Part shown: piece after piece, positions 46,308 to 54,907 of the stretch | Layout: each line of letters starts with the position of its first letter | Numbering within the stretch: the first letter of the stretch is position 1 | Virus record (IMG/VR): IMGVR_UViG_3300009149_000016 | Coordinates: 1 to 64,000 of that record | From: a virus | Strand: one strand, 5' to 3' | Length of the DNA: 64,000 nucleotides | Notes under the pieces: generated by a model | Told to the model about the DNA's origin: nothing | The model's database searches: none | The model's input: the letters and a program-made list of their open reading frames with translations, nothing else | Made by a program: the position numbers and the translations under genes

Positions 46308-47171
46308 TTACTGAGCTTGTAGTTTCGCTTGGAAGTATTTCTTGAACAGCTTTGCTGTCGTCGAACCAATGGCTTTTCGAGCCTCCTTGCTATCGACGAT
46401 CTCCCCTGCACCCTCGCGCAAGACATCCTCCGTCATCGCTTGGATGACTTCTTTGGTCCGTTCCATCCCGATGTCGCCCTCGATCTTGTCCAGGACATGC
46501 TCAAGGCGAGTCGGAGTCACCCACTCATCGGCGATGGCTTGCGCTTCCTCCAACACCTTGAGCTTTTCCGGGTCGACTACCTGGCGAGGCGTATTGGTCT
46601 CCCGCTCCTCATCTCGCTTGTGCTTCGAAAGGACACGCTCCCCCCGGTGGTCTCGGTATTCCGTCAACGGACGAAGCACGACACCTTCACGGGGTTGAGG
46701 TTCTTCAATCCCATTGCGAACCGCTTGAACACTCGGCGCATCCCGCTGCTTGTCGATCTCTTCCACGGTGGCCGCAATCCGCTCATAGTGGACGAATTCC
46801 AAGCTAAGTTTGGTCGCAACATTATGGGCGTTTTCGACGGACAGCCACGTGTCATCGATCTTGACCTCAAAGGCAGCGAACTTCAGATCCTTGCCGTATC
46901 TCCAGGTCTGCTTTTGCTGACTCCCACCATACGCTTCGCCGTAGACAACCACGGTCGGATGACCCAGCGCCTCGAAGGCTTTCACAAGCGCAGCCTCATC
47001 GAACAGCGACCGAAAGCGTTCCGCCTTCGCGCCGCCCGACGAGAATTGCAACTTGCCATCCCGCCATTGGATGCTGGTTGACGTCCCATGGAGCTTTTCC
47101 AAGGCAAAGCATTCCTTGAAGGCTAGGATTCCCTGGTTCTTATAGAGGTTCTCGATGTGTCGGTAGCCCAT
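46308..47171 (-). CDS. RNA ligase, Rnl2 family
   Basis: EKLHGTS (I), YGE (III), FAAFEV (IIIa), EGVVLRP (IV), KHK (V). Confidence 0.85.
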   Translation of the reverse strand: MGYRHIENLYKNQGILAFKECFALEKLHGTSTSIQWRDGKLQFSSGGAKAERFRSLFDEAALVKAFEALGHPTVVVYGEAYGGSQQKQTWRYGKDLKFAAFEVKIDDTWLSVENAHNVATKLSLEFVHYERIAATVEEIDKQRDAPSVQAVRNGIEEPQPREGVVLRPLTEYRDHRGERVLSKHKRDEERETNTPRQVVDPEKLKVLEEAQAIADEWVTPTRLEHVLDKIEGDIGMERTKEVIQAMTEDVLREGAGEIVDSKEARKAIGSTTAKLFKKYFQAKLQAQ

Positions 47172-47177
47172 TTGATC

Positions 47178-47363
47178 TCATCTTTCGTTGCAGAAAGGAA
47201 TCTTCTTCCGCTCCATCTCGGCCTTGGCCTGGCAAGAGATACACCAGGCCACTTCAGGCCAGTTGGCTCGGCTTTTTTGACAGGTGGTGCCCTGCATCAT
47301 GCAAGGCTTCTTTCCAAGCTCTAGAAGCTTCGCATAGGGCAGGGCTTCGAGGGGGCGTTTCAT
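47178..47363 (-). CDS. Small Cys-rich protein
   Basis: ATGA overlap with clpX. Confidence 0.5.
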   Translation of the reverse strand: MKRPLEALPYAKLLELGKKPCMMQGTTCQKSRANWPEVAWCISCQAKAEMERKKIPFCNER

Positions 47364-48622
47364 CCCTTGGCCTGCTTTTTCTCCTCTTGCTGGATCGCTT
47401 CATCGATCCGGGCTTCGGCCCCCTCGACCACCAACTCAGTAACGTGGATCGCCTTCATGTCGGGGTCAGAGGGCGCGTCGAACATGTAGGGCTCCAAGAT
47501 AGCCTCAACGATCCCTCGGAGCGCTCTTGCCCCCGTGGGCTTCTCGCAAGCCTTGCGAGCGATGGCATGCAGGGCATCATCGTCGAACGAAAGGGCAACC
47601 TCATCGATCGTGAACAGCGCTTCGAACTGCTTGACCAGGGCGTTCTTGGGTTCGGTCAGGATACGCACCATCTCATCCTCGGTCAGGGGAAGCGTGCTGG
47701 TGATCACCGGCAGCCGGCCGAGAAGCTCAGGGATCAGACCAAAGTCGAGGATATCATCCTCGGTAATGTTGCCGTAAACCTCATCGGCCTTGATCCTGTT
47801 GGGCTGCCCCCCGCCGAATCCGAGCCGGGCGCCCTTGTTCCGGCGCTCGCCCACGACTTCCTCGATCCCGGCGAACGATCCCGAACAGATGAACAGGATG
47901 TTGGTTGTGTCGATCATGTCGGAAGTACCCATCCCGATCTTCGAACCCATCCCACGAGGCACGGGCACAACCCCACCCTCGACAAGCTTCAGAAGGGCTT
48001 GCTGGACGCCTTCACCGGACACATCTCGGTACCCCGTCGCTCCCCGCCCGCTCTTGCGGGTGAGCTTGTCGATCTCGTCCACGAAGATGACGCCCCACTC
48101 GGCGCGCTCGATATCCCCATCGGCGTCCTGAATGAGCCCCTGAAGCATCGTCTCGACGTCATCACCGACGTAGCCAGCTTGCGTCATGCGCGTCGCATCC
48201 GACACGTAGAAGGGCAGCTTGAGCATACGTGCCACCGACCGAGCGATGTGGGTCTTGCCGGTACCCGACGGGCCCATGAGCAAGATGTTGGACTTGTCGA
48301 TTTCGATATCGCCCGCAATCCCGTCCTTGACTACGCCACGTCGTTTGAAGTGGTTGTAGACCGCAATGGCAATCGCTCGCTTGGCACGGTCTTGGCCGAT
48401 CACATGCTCGCTGAGGATCTTGAAGATCTCACGGGGCTTGAGAAGGATGTCATCCCCGCCCTGTTCCGCAGCTTCCTTGTTGCGGTTGGTGATCGCCTTG
48501 ACGGCAGAATCAATGCAGCGGTTGCAAATGAAGGGTCCTTCGTCACCACCCGAGATGATGTGCTTCACCTCGTTGGAAGGGCGACCGCAGAAGGAGCAGA
48601 CTTGACGCTTGGCTCTGGGCAT
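47360..48622 (-). CDS. clpX: ATP-dependent Clp protease ATPase subunit ClpX
   Basis: CSFCG ZBD, KSNILLMGPSGTGKT, AGYVGDDVE, FVDEIDK, RDVSGEGVQQALLK, LGF loop, TGARALR. Confidence 0.95.
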   Translation of the reverse strand: MPRAKRQVCSFCGRPSNEVKHIISGGDEGPFICNRCIDSAVKAITNRNKEAAEQGGDDILLKPREIFKILSEHVIGQDRAKRAIAIAVYNHFKRRGVVKDGIAGDIEIDKSNILLMGPSGTGKTHIARSVARMLKLPFYVSDATRMTQAGYVGDDVETMLQGLIQDADGDIERAEWGVIFVDEIDKLTRKSGRGATGYRDVSGEGVQQALLKLVEGGVVPVPRGMGSKIGMGTSDMIDTTNILFICSGSFAGIEEVVGERRNKGARLGFGGGQPNRIKADEVYGNITEDDILDFGLIPELLGRLPVITSTLPLTEDEMVRILTEPKNALVKQFEALFTIDEVALSFDDDALHAIARKACEKPTGARALRGIVEAILEPYMFDAPSDPDMKAIHVTELVVEGAEARIDEAIQQEEKKQAKG

Positions 48623-48658
48623 GCCTCAATCTACACCGGCACGGAGCCGGGAGCGAGG

Positions 48659-49393
48659 CTAGATCTCACCCATCACGAAGCAAGGCTCACTCCACTTGAG
48701 ACCTTCACATTCGACCAATCCGTGCGGATGAATCACGCACACGCCACCTTCCCCGAAATTGTTGGGAAGCTCTTTGCCATATCGGTTGGCAACGACCAAC
48801 ACACACTTATTGTCCTTGGCGAATTCCATCCATGTAACGGCAGGAAAACCCCCATCGCCCCAGTTGGCACTCATCGCCACGATATCCGCATCCCCGGGAT
48901 CGTAGAAGTAAGACCCTTTCTCGGTGGCCTTGTCTCGAATGTCCCGACAGATCAACAACCCCATCTTCAGCATCCGCTTGCCGTCAAGGATATGGATCAC
49001 GGGAGGATTGTCGAAACCAGGATCAGCCCAAAGAAAGTCGTTCCCCCACCGGTTGATCTTGTTGTAGCTCTGGTAGTAGCCCCCCGGCGTCACCAGCACT
49101 TGGCTATTGAACAGATGATCGTCGACATGGGAGACCATTCCCCACACGATATCCACGTTATATCGCCGAGCGACTTCCATCATGACCTTGAGCGTTGGCC
49201 CAGTGCTGATGTTCTCGGAGAGCTTCCAGGCGTCTTCCTTGTTCATGATGGAATAGCCCGTCGTGCAAAGCTCTGGTAGCACCACTAGCCTCGCGCCCGC
49301 TTTGGCAGCATCGACCACCAGCCGGGCTGCTTGTAGCAGGTTGACCTCTTTTTTTCCAAAGACGGGCTGAAACTGAACGGCTGCAACCTTCAT
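48659..49393 (-). CDS. Carbon-nitrogen hydrolase (nitrilase family)
   Basis: E-K-C triad: LPELC, YNK, LICRD. Confidence 0.9.
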   Translation of the reverse strand: MKVAAVQFQPVFGKKEVNLLQAARLVVDAAKAGARLVVLPELCTTGYSIMNKEDAWKLSENISTGPTLKVMMEVARRYNVDIVWGMVSHVDDHLFNSQVLVTPGGYYQSYNKINRWGNDFLWADPGFDNPPVIHILDGKRMLKMGLLICRDIRDKATEKGSYFYDPGDADIVAMSANWGDGGFPAVTWMEFAKDNKCVLVVANRYGKELPNNFGEGGVCVIHPHGLVECEGLKWSEPCFVMGEI

Positions 49394-50733
49394 GCGTCTA
49401 CCACCAATTCCTCGAACAAAGCTGCTTGGGACGGGGGAAGCTCGCCCAAACAGTAAAAAGCGAACATTTCGGCAAAGTTCTCATCTGGGCTTGTCTTGGC
49501 GTACGGGGTGATGAACCCCTTGAAATCGTTCTTGAGCATCCTTGGGTCGATGCCCTTGAGTCTCAGGTACCCGAACAGGTTGATCTCCGCTGTATCAATA
49601 GAGAAGCTGCGGCGGGTGATGATGTCGATGAGCATCTTCTTTTCCCGCTCTTGCTCTGGCGTGAGAACCCCTTTGAACAGATCGGGAGCCTGCTTTTCCG
49701 CAGAACGAAGCACCTGAGCTTCAAGCTCTTTCTTGTCCTTGTCCGTCAGGACTTTCCGAAGATGAACCTTGTCTTTCTTCATGTACGTGACTTCGTACGT
49801 CTCGCCCTTATCCGTGATGGTGTCACCACGTTCGGGACGATAACCAAGGAAGTCGCTCTGATACCCATCCTCGGCGGCATTGTAGAGGATCTTGGGCACA
49901 CGCTTGTTTTTCAAGAACTTGTTTTCGTACCGATGACCAAGCTCATGAATGATGGTGCGCACGGAGCTTCCCGCCGCAATTTTCTTGTCAGCACGAACGA
50001 AGAATTCATCCGACCCGTAAACGTAGAACGCAAGTACGTTCCCTTTGTCGATCGACTGGCTGATATGAACCTCGCCGTAGCAGACCTTGCCAAGCCCAGC
50101 GGTTGTGATCTCCGATGCAGCCTCTTTGACTGCCTTAGCGCAGATGTCCATCACACCATCGGGGAAGCCACCCATGTTGATGAGGGTGAAGGGTCCGGCC
50201 TTGACCTTCACGGGGTCGTCGGCATCACCCACCGCAATCTCACGACCCTTGCTCAGCGCTTCTTCCAGCGTACTGAAATGCGCCCGAAGGGTATCGAGGT
50301 ACTTGAGATAGTACGTCAGGTAAGCATCGGTGCGCTCCAAGTCCTTCCTTGGGAGGCGGGGGCGGCGGTTGGTTTTCTTCGTCGCCCAAAACTTGACGAG
50401 CTTCTCGACCTTCTTACGCAGCGTTGCTGACAGGCTGTAGGTCTGGAGGATCGCCATCGAGATCCCCCACATCTGGTTGAACCGCTGATTGAAGCCGACC
50501 ACCTCGGACATGATTGTGAACATGTCCCGACCGAAATCGGGTTTTGCCACGTCCTTGCCACGAGCCAAGTCCTTTTTGTACTGCGAAAGGATGGCTTGGA
50601 ACCGCTCGGCGTCCTTCTCAGCGTTGTCGTAAAGGTCGAACTTGCGCCGAAGCTCTTTGAGAAGTGCTTTCGGATCCTCGACGACCGCTGCCTCCAAGTA
50701 CCGGGTGGCGACTCGCTCAGCATGAACGCTCAT
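49390..50733 (-). CDS. Zincin-like metallopeptidase; N-terminal tag B (HAERVATRY)
   Basis: IHELGH and distal YAKTSPDENFAE. Confidence 0.7.
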   Translation of the reverse strand: MSVHAERVATRYLEAAVVEDPKALLKELRRKFDLYDNAEKDAERFQAILSQYKKDLARGKDVAKPDFGRDMFTIMSEVVGFNQRFNQMWGISMAILQTYSLSATLRKKVEKLVKFWATKKTNRRPRLPRKDLERTDAYLTYYLKYLDTLRAHFSTLEEALSKGREIAVGDADDPVKVKAGPFTLINMGGFPDGVMDICAKAVKEAASEITTAGLGKVCYGEVHISQSIDKGNVLAFYVYGSDEFFVRADKKIAAGSSVRTIIHELGHRYENKFLKNKRVPKILYNAAEDGYQSDFLGYRPERGDTITDKGETYEVTYMKKDKVHLRKVLTDKDKKELEAQVLRSAEKQAPDLFKGVLTPEQEREKKMLIDIITRRSFSIDTAEINLFGYLRLKGIDPRMLKNDFKGFITPYAKTSPDENFAEMFAFYCLGELPPSQAALFEELVVDA

Positions 50734-51938
50734 GCCAACCACCGGTTGGCAACTCGGAGGGCCACACGATCCGCCCCGGACTGAACGAGCCTCGTGAGCC
50801 GGTCTTGAAGCTCTCGTGGCTTGACGAAGGGGTCGTCCAGGATCAGATCCCGGGCCATGTCCACAGCTTTGCTAATGGCGGCTCCCTTGATGCCCGTATC
50901 CTGAATGAGCCGTCGGGTATCAATCGGCGGCTTCAAAAGCTTGTTGTAGACATCTTCCAAGTCGTCATAGCCGAGCTTGCTCTCAATCCGGCGAAGCATC
51001 CGGAGATGTTCAGGACGGAGCTTGTCCAACCCTACCGGAATCTCGAAACCGGCGAGCGTCAAAAGCAGATCGATGTTCTTGACTCGTTGTCCCACGGCTC
51101 GACGCAAACGGCTTGCCGGAAACATCGAAAGCACAGGATCGAGAAGTCCGAGCCCCTTCATGATGGTGAGCGCCTTTTTAGCGCCGGGCAGCTTCAGGAT
51201 CTTGTCGAAGAAAAGCTCGTCGATCGCCTCGTACGAAACCCTTTTGATTTCCTTGGCTTTGCTCTTGATCGCCCGCCGAGTCGCCGGGTCCAATTCGAAA
51301 CCGTATTTCACAGCAAAACGAATCGCCCGAAGCATCCGGGTCGGGTCGTCATCGAAGGTCTCGTTGGGGTCAAGAGGCGTCTTGACGATCTTGTCCTGCA
51401 AGTCCTTGAGCCCAAGCCCGGTCAAGTCGAGGATGGCTTTCTTGTCGGGACCTTGAGCCACATCGAGAAGCCGCCACACGAGCGCGTTGAACGTGAAGTC
51501 CCGGCGAAGCATGTCTTCGAGGATTGTTCCGGGCTCGACCTTCGAAGGCTTGTGACTCCCCTTTTCCTCTCCCTTGCCCTTTTCGTACTTCTCTTTGCGA
51601 GAAGTCACGATCTCGATCTTCTGTCCTTTGAGGTTGACCCCGTCGAATTCAACGTCCACGGGGACAGGTCCAATGTGCACGACGCCGTATTGGTCGGCCT
51701 TGACGTTGGGTACCTGAAGGGCATCGGCAACCGCTTCGGCGAGCGTGACGGCATTCTTGCCGTTTTTCGGCTCGACCACCACGTCGACATCTTTGAAGTC
51801 GAACCCCAAAGCGAAGTCCCGGGGGGCCCCGCCCACGATGTAACTGTGACTGGCCATACCAAGCCGTTTGGCGGTGGCTGACAGCAGTTTGACCAAGGCG
51901 TTGGCCTGTTGGGGGGTGGCGTCGGCAAGTCGGAACAT
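50730..51938 (-). CDS. cca: CCA-adding enzyme/poly(A) polymerase family nucleotidyltransferase; C-terminal tag B (VALRVANRWLA*)
   Basis: VGGAPRD, DVDV, DMLRRDFTFNAL, DDPTRMLRAIRF. Confidence 0.9.
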   Translation of the reverse strand: MFRLADATPQQANALVKLLSATAKRLGMASHSYIVGGAPRDFALGFDFKDVDVVVEPKNGKNAVTLAEAVADALQVPNVKADQYGVVHIGPVPVDVEFDGVNLKGQKIEIVTSRKEKYEKGKGEEKGSHKPSKVEPGTILEDMLRRDFTFNALVWRLLDVAQGPDKKAILDLTGLGLKDLQDKIVKTPLDPNETFDDDPTRMLRAIRFAVKYGFELDPATRRAIKSKAKEIKRVSYEAIDELFFDKILKLPGAKKALTIMKGLGLLDPVLSMFPASRLRRAVGQRVKNIDLLLTLAGFEIPVGLDKLRPEHLRMLRRIESKLGYDDLEDVYNKLLKPPIDTRRLIQDTGIKGAAISKAVDMARDLILDDPFVKPRELQDRLTRLVQSGADRVALRVANRWLA

Positions 51939-51971
51939 TTCAACCTCAGTCTGCCCGCCTCATAGGAAAAT

Positions 51972-52008
51972 TGTTGATCGTGAACAACCCTACACCTTAG
52001 AGGGTGCA
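51972..52008 (+). promoter_or_regulatory. Class II bipartite promoter-like motif
   Basis: TGTTGATC-N15-CCTTA-GAGGGTGC-ATG. Confidence 0.75.
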
Positions 52009-52325
52009 TGAAGACTCTCGAAGCCCCCTCAGCCGTCACCGTCAACGCAGTCGCCCGCAAGTGGGCCAAGGCGCGTCCCGAGAGCGCTCAGCGCATCAAG
52101 CGGGCGGTCGCCCTGGTCGCCACCGTCGAGCGCACCGGCTCCCACACGTTCGCCGTCGAAGGCTCGGACGGTCGCAGCTACCAGGTGTGGGTCAACTGGC
52201 AGAAGCACACGAGCACATGCACATGCCCTGACTCGATGGGTCGGGGAGCCAAGTGCAAGCACCGCTGGGCTGCGGCGCTCGTCATCGCCGGCCGGTCAAC
52301 CGACCGCAAGGCTGCCCAAGCCTAG
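52008..52325 (+). CDS. SWIM zinc-finger protein
   Basis: CTCPD..CKHRWA. Confidence 0.85.
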   Translation: MKTLEAPSAVTVNAVARKWAKARPESAQRIKRAVALVATVERTGSHTFAVEGSDGRSYQVWVNWQKHTSTCTCPDSMGRGAKCKHRWAAALVIAGRSTDRKAAQA

Positions 52326-52753
52326 ACGGTCGCTTGGGGTGCCTGGGACTTGCGCTTGAGGAACTGGCGCTCCCAATGCTTGCTCCGGGTTCCCAAGTAC
52401 AGGACCCGGTCGTTCGGACACGGCGTGACGATCACGTTTGTCATCGGCACCCGCCCAACCTTTTTCCCACACTGAAGCTTGTAGCCGGTCCCATTGGTCC
52501 AAACGGCGCCCCGCCCGCTCGTGAGCAGTTCGCTCGCAAGGTCCATCGCGTGCGTCCGGTCAATCCGAAACCGAATGAACGTGAGAGCGCCGATGTTGAG
52601 CGGGCCGTTCGCTTCGAGGAAATCAAACTTGATCTGGGCTTTCGCTGCGGTTCGCAAGACTGCTTCTGCGACGTCTTGGACCGATTCGAGGGATTGTTGT
52701 TCGACAGCGAAGTACGTCGCCGGGGTGTTCGAAGGAAAGAAGTGGTGCATCAT
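52322..52753 (-). CDS. Hypothetical protein
   Basis: ATGA overlap. Confidence 0.6.
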   Translation of the reverse strand: MMHHFFPSNTPATYFAVEQQSLESVQDVAEAVLRTAAKAQIKFDFLEANGPLNIGALTFIRFRIDRTHAMDLASELLTSGRGAVWTNGTGYKLQCGKKVGRVPMTNVIVTPCPNDRVLYLGTRSKHWERQFLKRKSQAPQATV

Positions 52754-53538
52754 GTTCGTACGTAGTAGCGGTGGAGAAGGTCAGGGTCGTCGGGGTTGTG
52801 GCTCTCGGATTCGAGAGTGAATGCTTCCATGGGCAGGCGAGGCATCGGGGTGATGTCACCCATTGAGAGAACCACAAGATCTGGCACGATTGTCAGATCC
52901 AATGCGTCGACGAATGGCAGCGCCGCCTCATAGACCATCGCACCACCCGCTACCCACCTTGGTCGTCCAGCAAAGTACATTCTCGAAAGTTCGAACGCAA
53001 GCTCGATTTCGTTGACTGCCCGCACGCCCGTGTCTTGAAACGGACCTGGGTTGCTCGTGAGCACGATGATCTCACGCCCCTTGAGCTTTTTCCGTCCAAG
53101 CGACTCGTAGGTCTTGCGCCCCATGATGAGCACACCGCCCATCGTCCGCTGTTTGAATCGGCGCATGTCGGCCTTACGATGCCACGGGATGCCTCCGTCG
53201 GCTCCGATGACACCTTGGGGGTTGATGGCGGCGATAAGCGTCGTCTTGACCTGTTTCTCTTCCACTATGCGCTCCCAGATGGTTGGGCGACCGGCGAGGG
53301 GCCCCCAAATCTCCAAAGCTTCCTCTTGGGTGGCCTCTCGCTCTGGGATCTTGTCCAAATCCATGATCTGCTCAGGCTTGTAGACATGCCCCCGGTCGAC
53401 GAAGTAGCTCTTGTGGTCGGAAGGCATCTCTCCGGGCTTGAGGAAACGCCCCATGTTGAGCACGAGAAGCAGAAATCCATCCGTCGTTCGATGCCATTTG
53501 ACGATCTGCTTCGTTGCCAGGATGTAGGTGCGGCCCAT
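52750..53538 (-). CDS. folA: Dihydrofolate reductase fused to an N-terminal ~95-aa tag-A-bearing domain
   Basis: IAA..GVIG..GGIPW..ADMRRFK..T..LIMGRKTYESL..L.GR..VAGGAMVY. Confidence 0.9.
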   Translation of the reverse strand: MGRTYILATKQIVKWHRTTDGFLLLVLNMGRFLKPGEMPSDHKSYFVDRGHVYKPEQIMDLDKIPEREATQEEALEIWGPLAGRPTIWERIVEEKQVKTTLIAAINPQGVIGADGGIPWHRKADMRRFKQRTMGGVLIMGRKTYESLGRKKLKGREIIVLTSNPGPFQDTGVRAVNEIELAFELSRMYFAGRPRWVAGGAMVYEAALPFVDALDLTIVPDLVVLSMGDITPMPRLPMEAFTLESESHNPDDPDLLHRYYVRT

Positions 53539-53795
53539 CAAAACACTCCAAGGTGAACACAGGGGGTCTCATTGACCGGAGAAGTCCACCCCAAGATCAG
53601 ACATAGAGGACAAGGGATGTGCTCAAACTCGATACCATGCACCTTTTCCACCCGCAAGATCGCCTGAAGGTACCTCTTGGACATCGGAAAGTGATGCCTT
53701 CGAAGATACCTCCAGCCTGTCACGTACCACAGGATACAGCACGGGTGGATATCCGAGCGCAGCCCGTTGACCATGTGCTCAAAGGTGTCACTCAC
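53538..53795 (-). CDS. Hypothetical protein
   Basis: Overlaps both neighbours. Confidence 0.55.
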   Translation of the reverse strand: MSDTFEHMVNGLRSDIHPCCILWYVTGWRYLRRHHFPMSKRYLQAILRVEKVHGIEFEHIPCPLCLILGWTSPVNETPCVHLGVF

Positions 53796-54907
53796 ACGGC
53801 GACCTTGAACTTGATGTTTTCCCGGGGCATGTAGTTCTCGATCCGGAACAGCTTCATGATCTGCTCCGTCGTCACCGAAGGATCCAAAAGGGCCTCAACG
53901 TCTTCGAGCGTCCGAATGGAATCGTCAATGAAAAGATTGGGGGGCGAGTCAATGTCCCGCTCAAGCTGTTCTTCGAGCCCGGGTACGTGGTCGTACTCGG
54001 CTTGGGTACCGTCGGCTTTCTTCGTGTAGATGTGGGTATCCACGAGCGTGTGGCCGAAGATCCCAGCTTCCATGTCGGCAAACCGAGCCATGAGCGAACA
54101 CAGAAGGGCGTAGCTTGCGAGGTTGTACGGCACCCCCAACGCCACATCGCATGAGCGCTGGGTCAAGTGCAGGCAAAGCCGTCGGGGGTCGTCATAGGCC
54201 GGACCATCCTTGAAAGGTTCACTCTTGTGAATCTTGTTCAAGATTTGTTTGCACTTGGGACACCAAGCTTGCCCCCGATCAAGCACAGCAATTCCGGTTC
54301 GGGTTTGCGAACCACGAGGTGCGCCGCAGACAGGATCAAATCCGTCGTTGTGCCCATAGTGGAACACCTTGTCCACGCCCTGGTTCTGGACGTTGAAGAT
54401 GAACATGCAGTGGCAGGGGGCCCAATAGGTCTTGAGGGTCGGGGGCGTTTGCACGATGTGAGGCTGCCAGGCGCTTACCACGAGATCCCGCCGCATCGGG
54501 TTGGTCTGAAGCTGCCCCATCACCCACTTGATTTGGTCGTTCCATTCGGTGACCGGCCCATCGTAGCCGAGCCCCGTCTCATCCATACGGTAGCCGGGGG
54601 TCTCGAACCGGCGCCAGGCGGGCCCATAGGCGGCGTTGACCTTCCCGTCGTCCCGGTACCAGGGTCGCCAGAACTTGATCCCATGCCGCTCAAGGAAGTC
54701 TTGCCCGTTGGTACCCGACAGGAACCACAGAAGCTCGATCACAATGTTCTTCCACTGGATTTCCTTCGTGGTCAGAAGCGGGAAGCCATCCCTCAGATCG
54801 TGCTCGTAGTAGTACCCAAACGTTGACAAGGTGTCTACGCCAGTTCGGTTTTCCTTGCGAACGCCGTGCTTGAGCACATGGCGCACGAGATCATGATATT
54901 GTCTCAT
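53792..54907 (-). CDS. thyA: Thymidylate synthase with an insertion
   Basis: NRTGVDT, FPLLTTK, ELLWFLSG, APCH, QRSCDVALGVPYN, DTHIY. Confidence 0.95.
   Translation of the reverse strand: MRQYHDLVRHVLKHGVRKENRTGVDTLSTFGYYYEHDLRDGFPLLTTKEIQWKNIVIELLWFLSGTNGQDFLERHGIKFWRPWYRDDGKVNAAYGPAWRRFETPGYRMDETGLGYDGPVTEWNDQIKWVMGQLQTNPMRRDLVVSAWQPHIVQTPPTLKTYWAPCHCMFIFNVQNQGVDKVFHYGHNDGFDPVCGAPRGSQTRTGIAVLDRGQAWCPKCKQILNKIHKSEPFKDGPAYDDPRRLCLHLTQRSCDVALGVPYNLASYALLCSLMARFADMEAGIFGHTLVDTHIYTKKADGTQAEYDHVPGLEEQLERDIDSPPNLFIDDSIRTLEDVEALLDPSVTTEQIMKLFRIENYMPRENIKFKVAV

Noticed and set aside
47387-49279. Long antisense ORFs (also 58375-60123, 15450-16805, 50664-51881, 25315-26295)
   Set aside because: They are shadows of well-supported genes on the opposite strand in GC-rich DNA and have no motifs.
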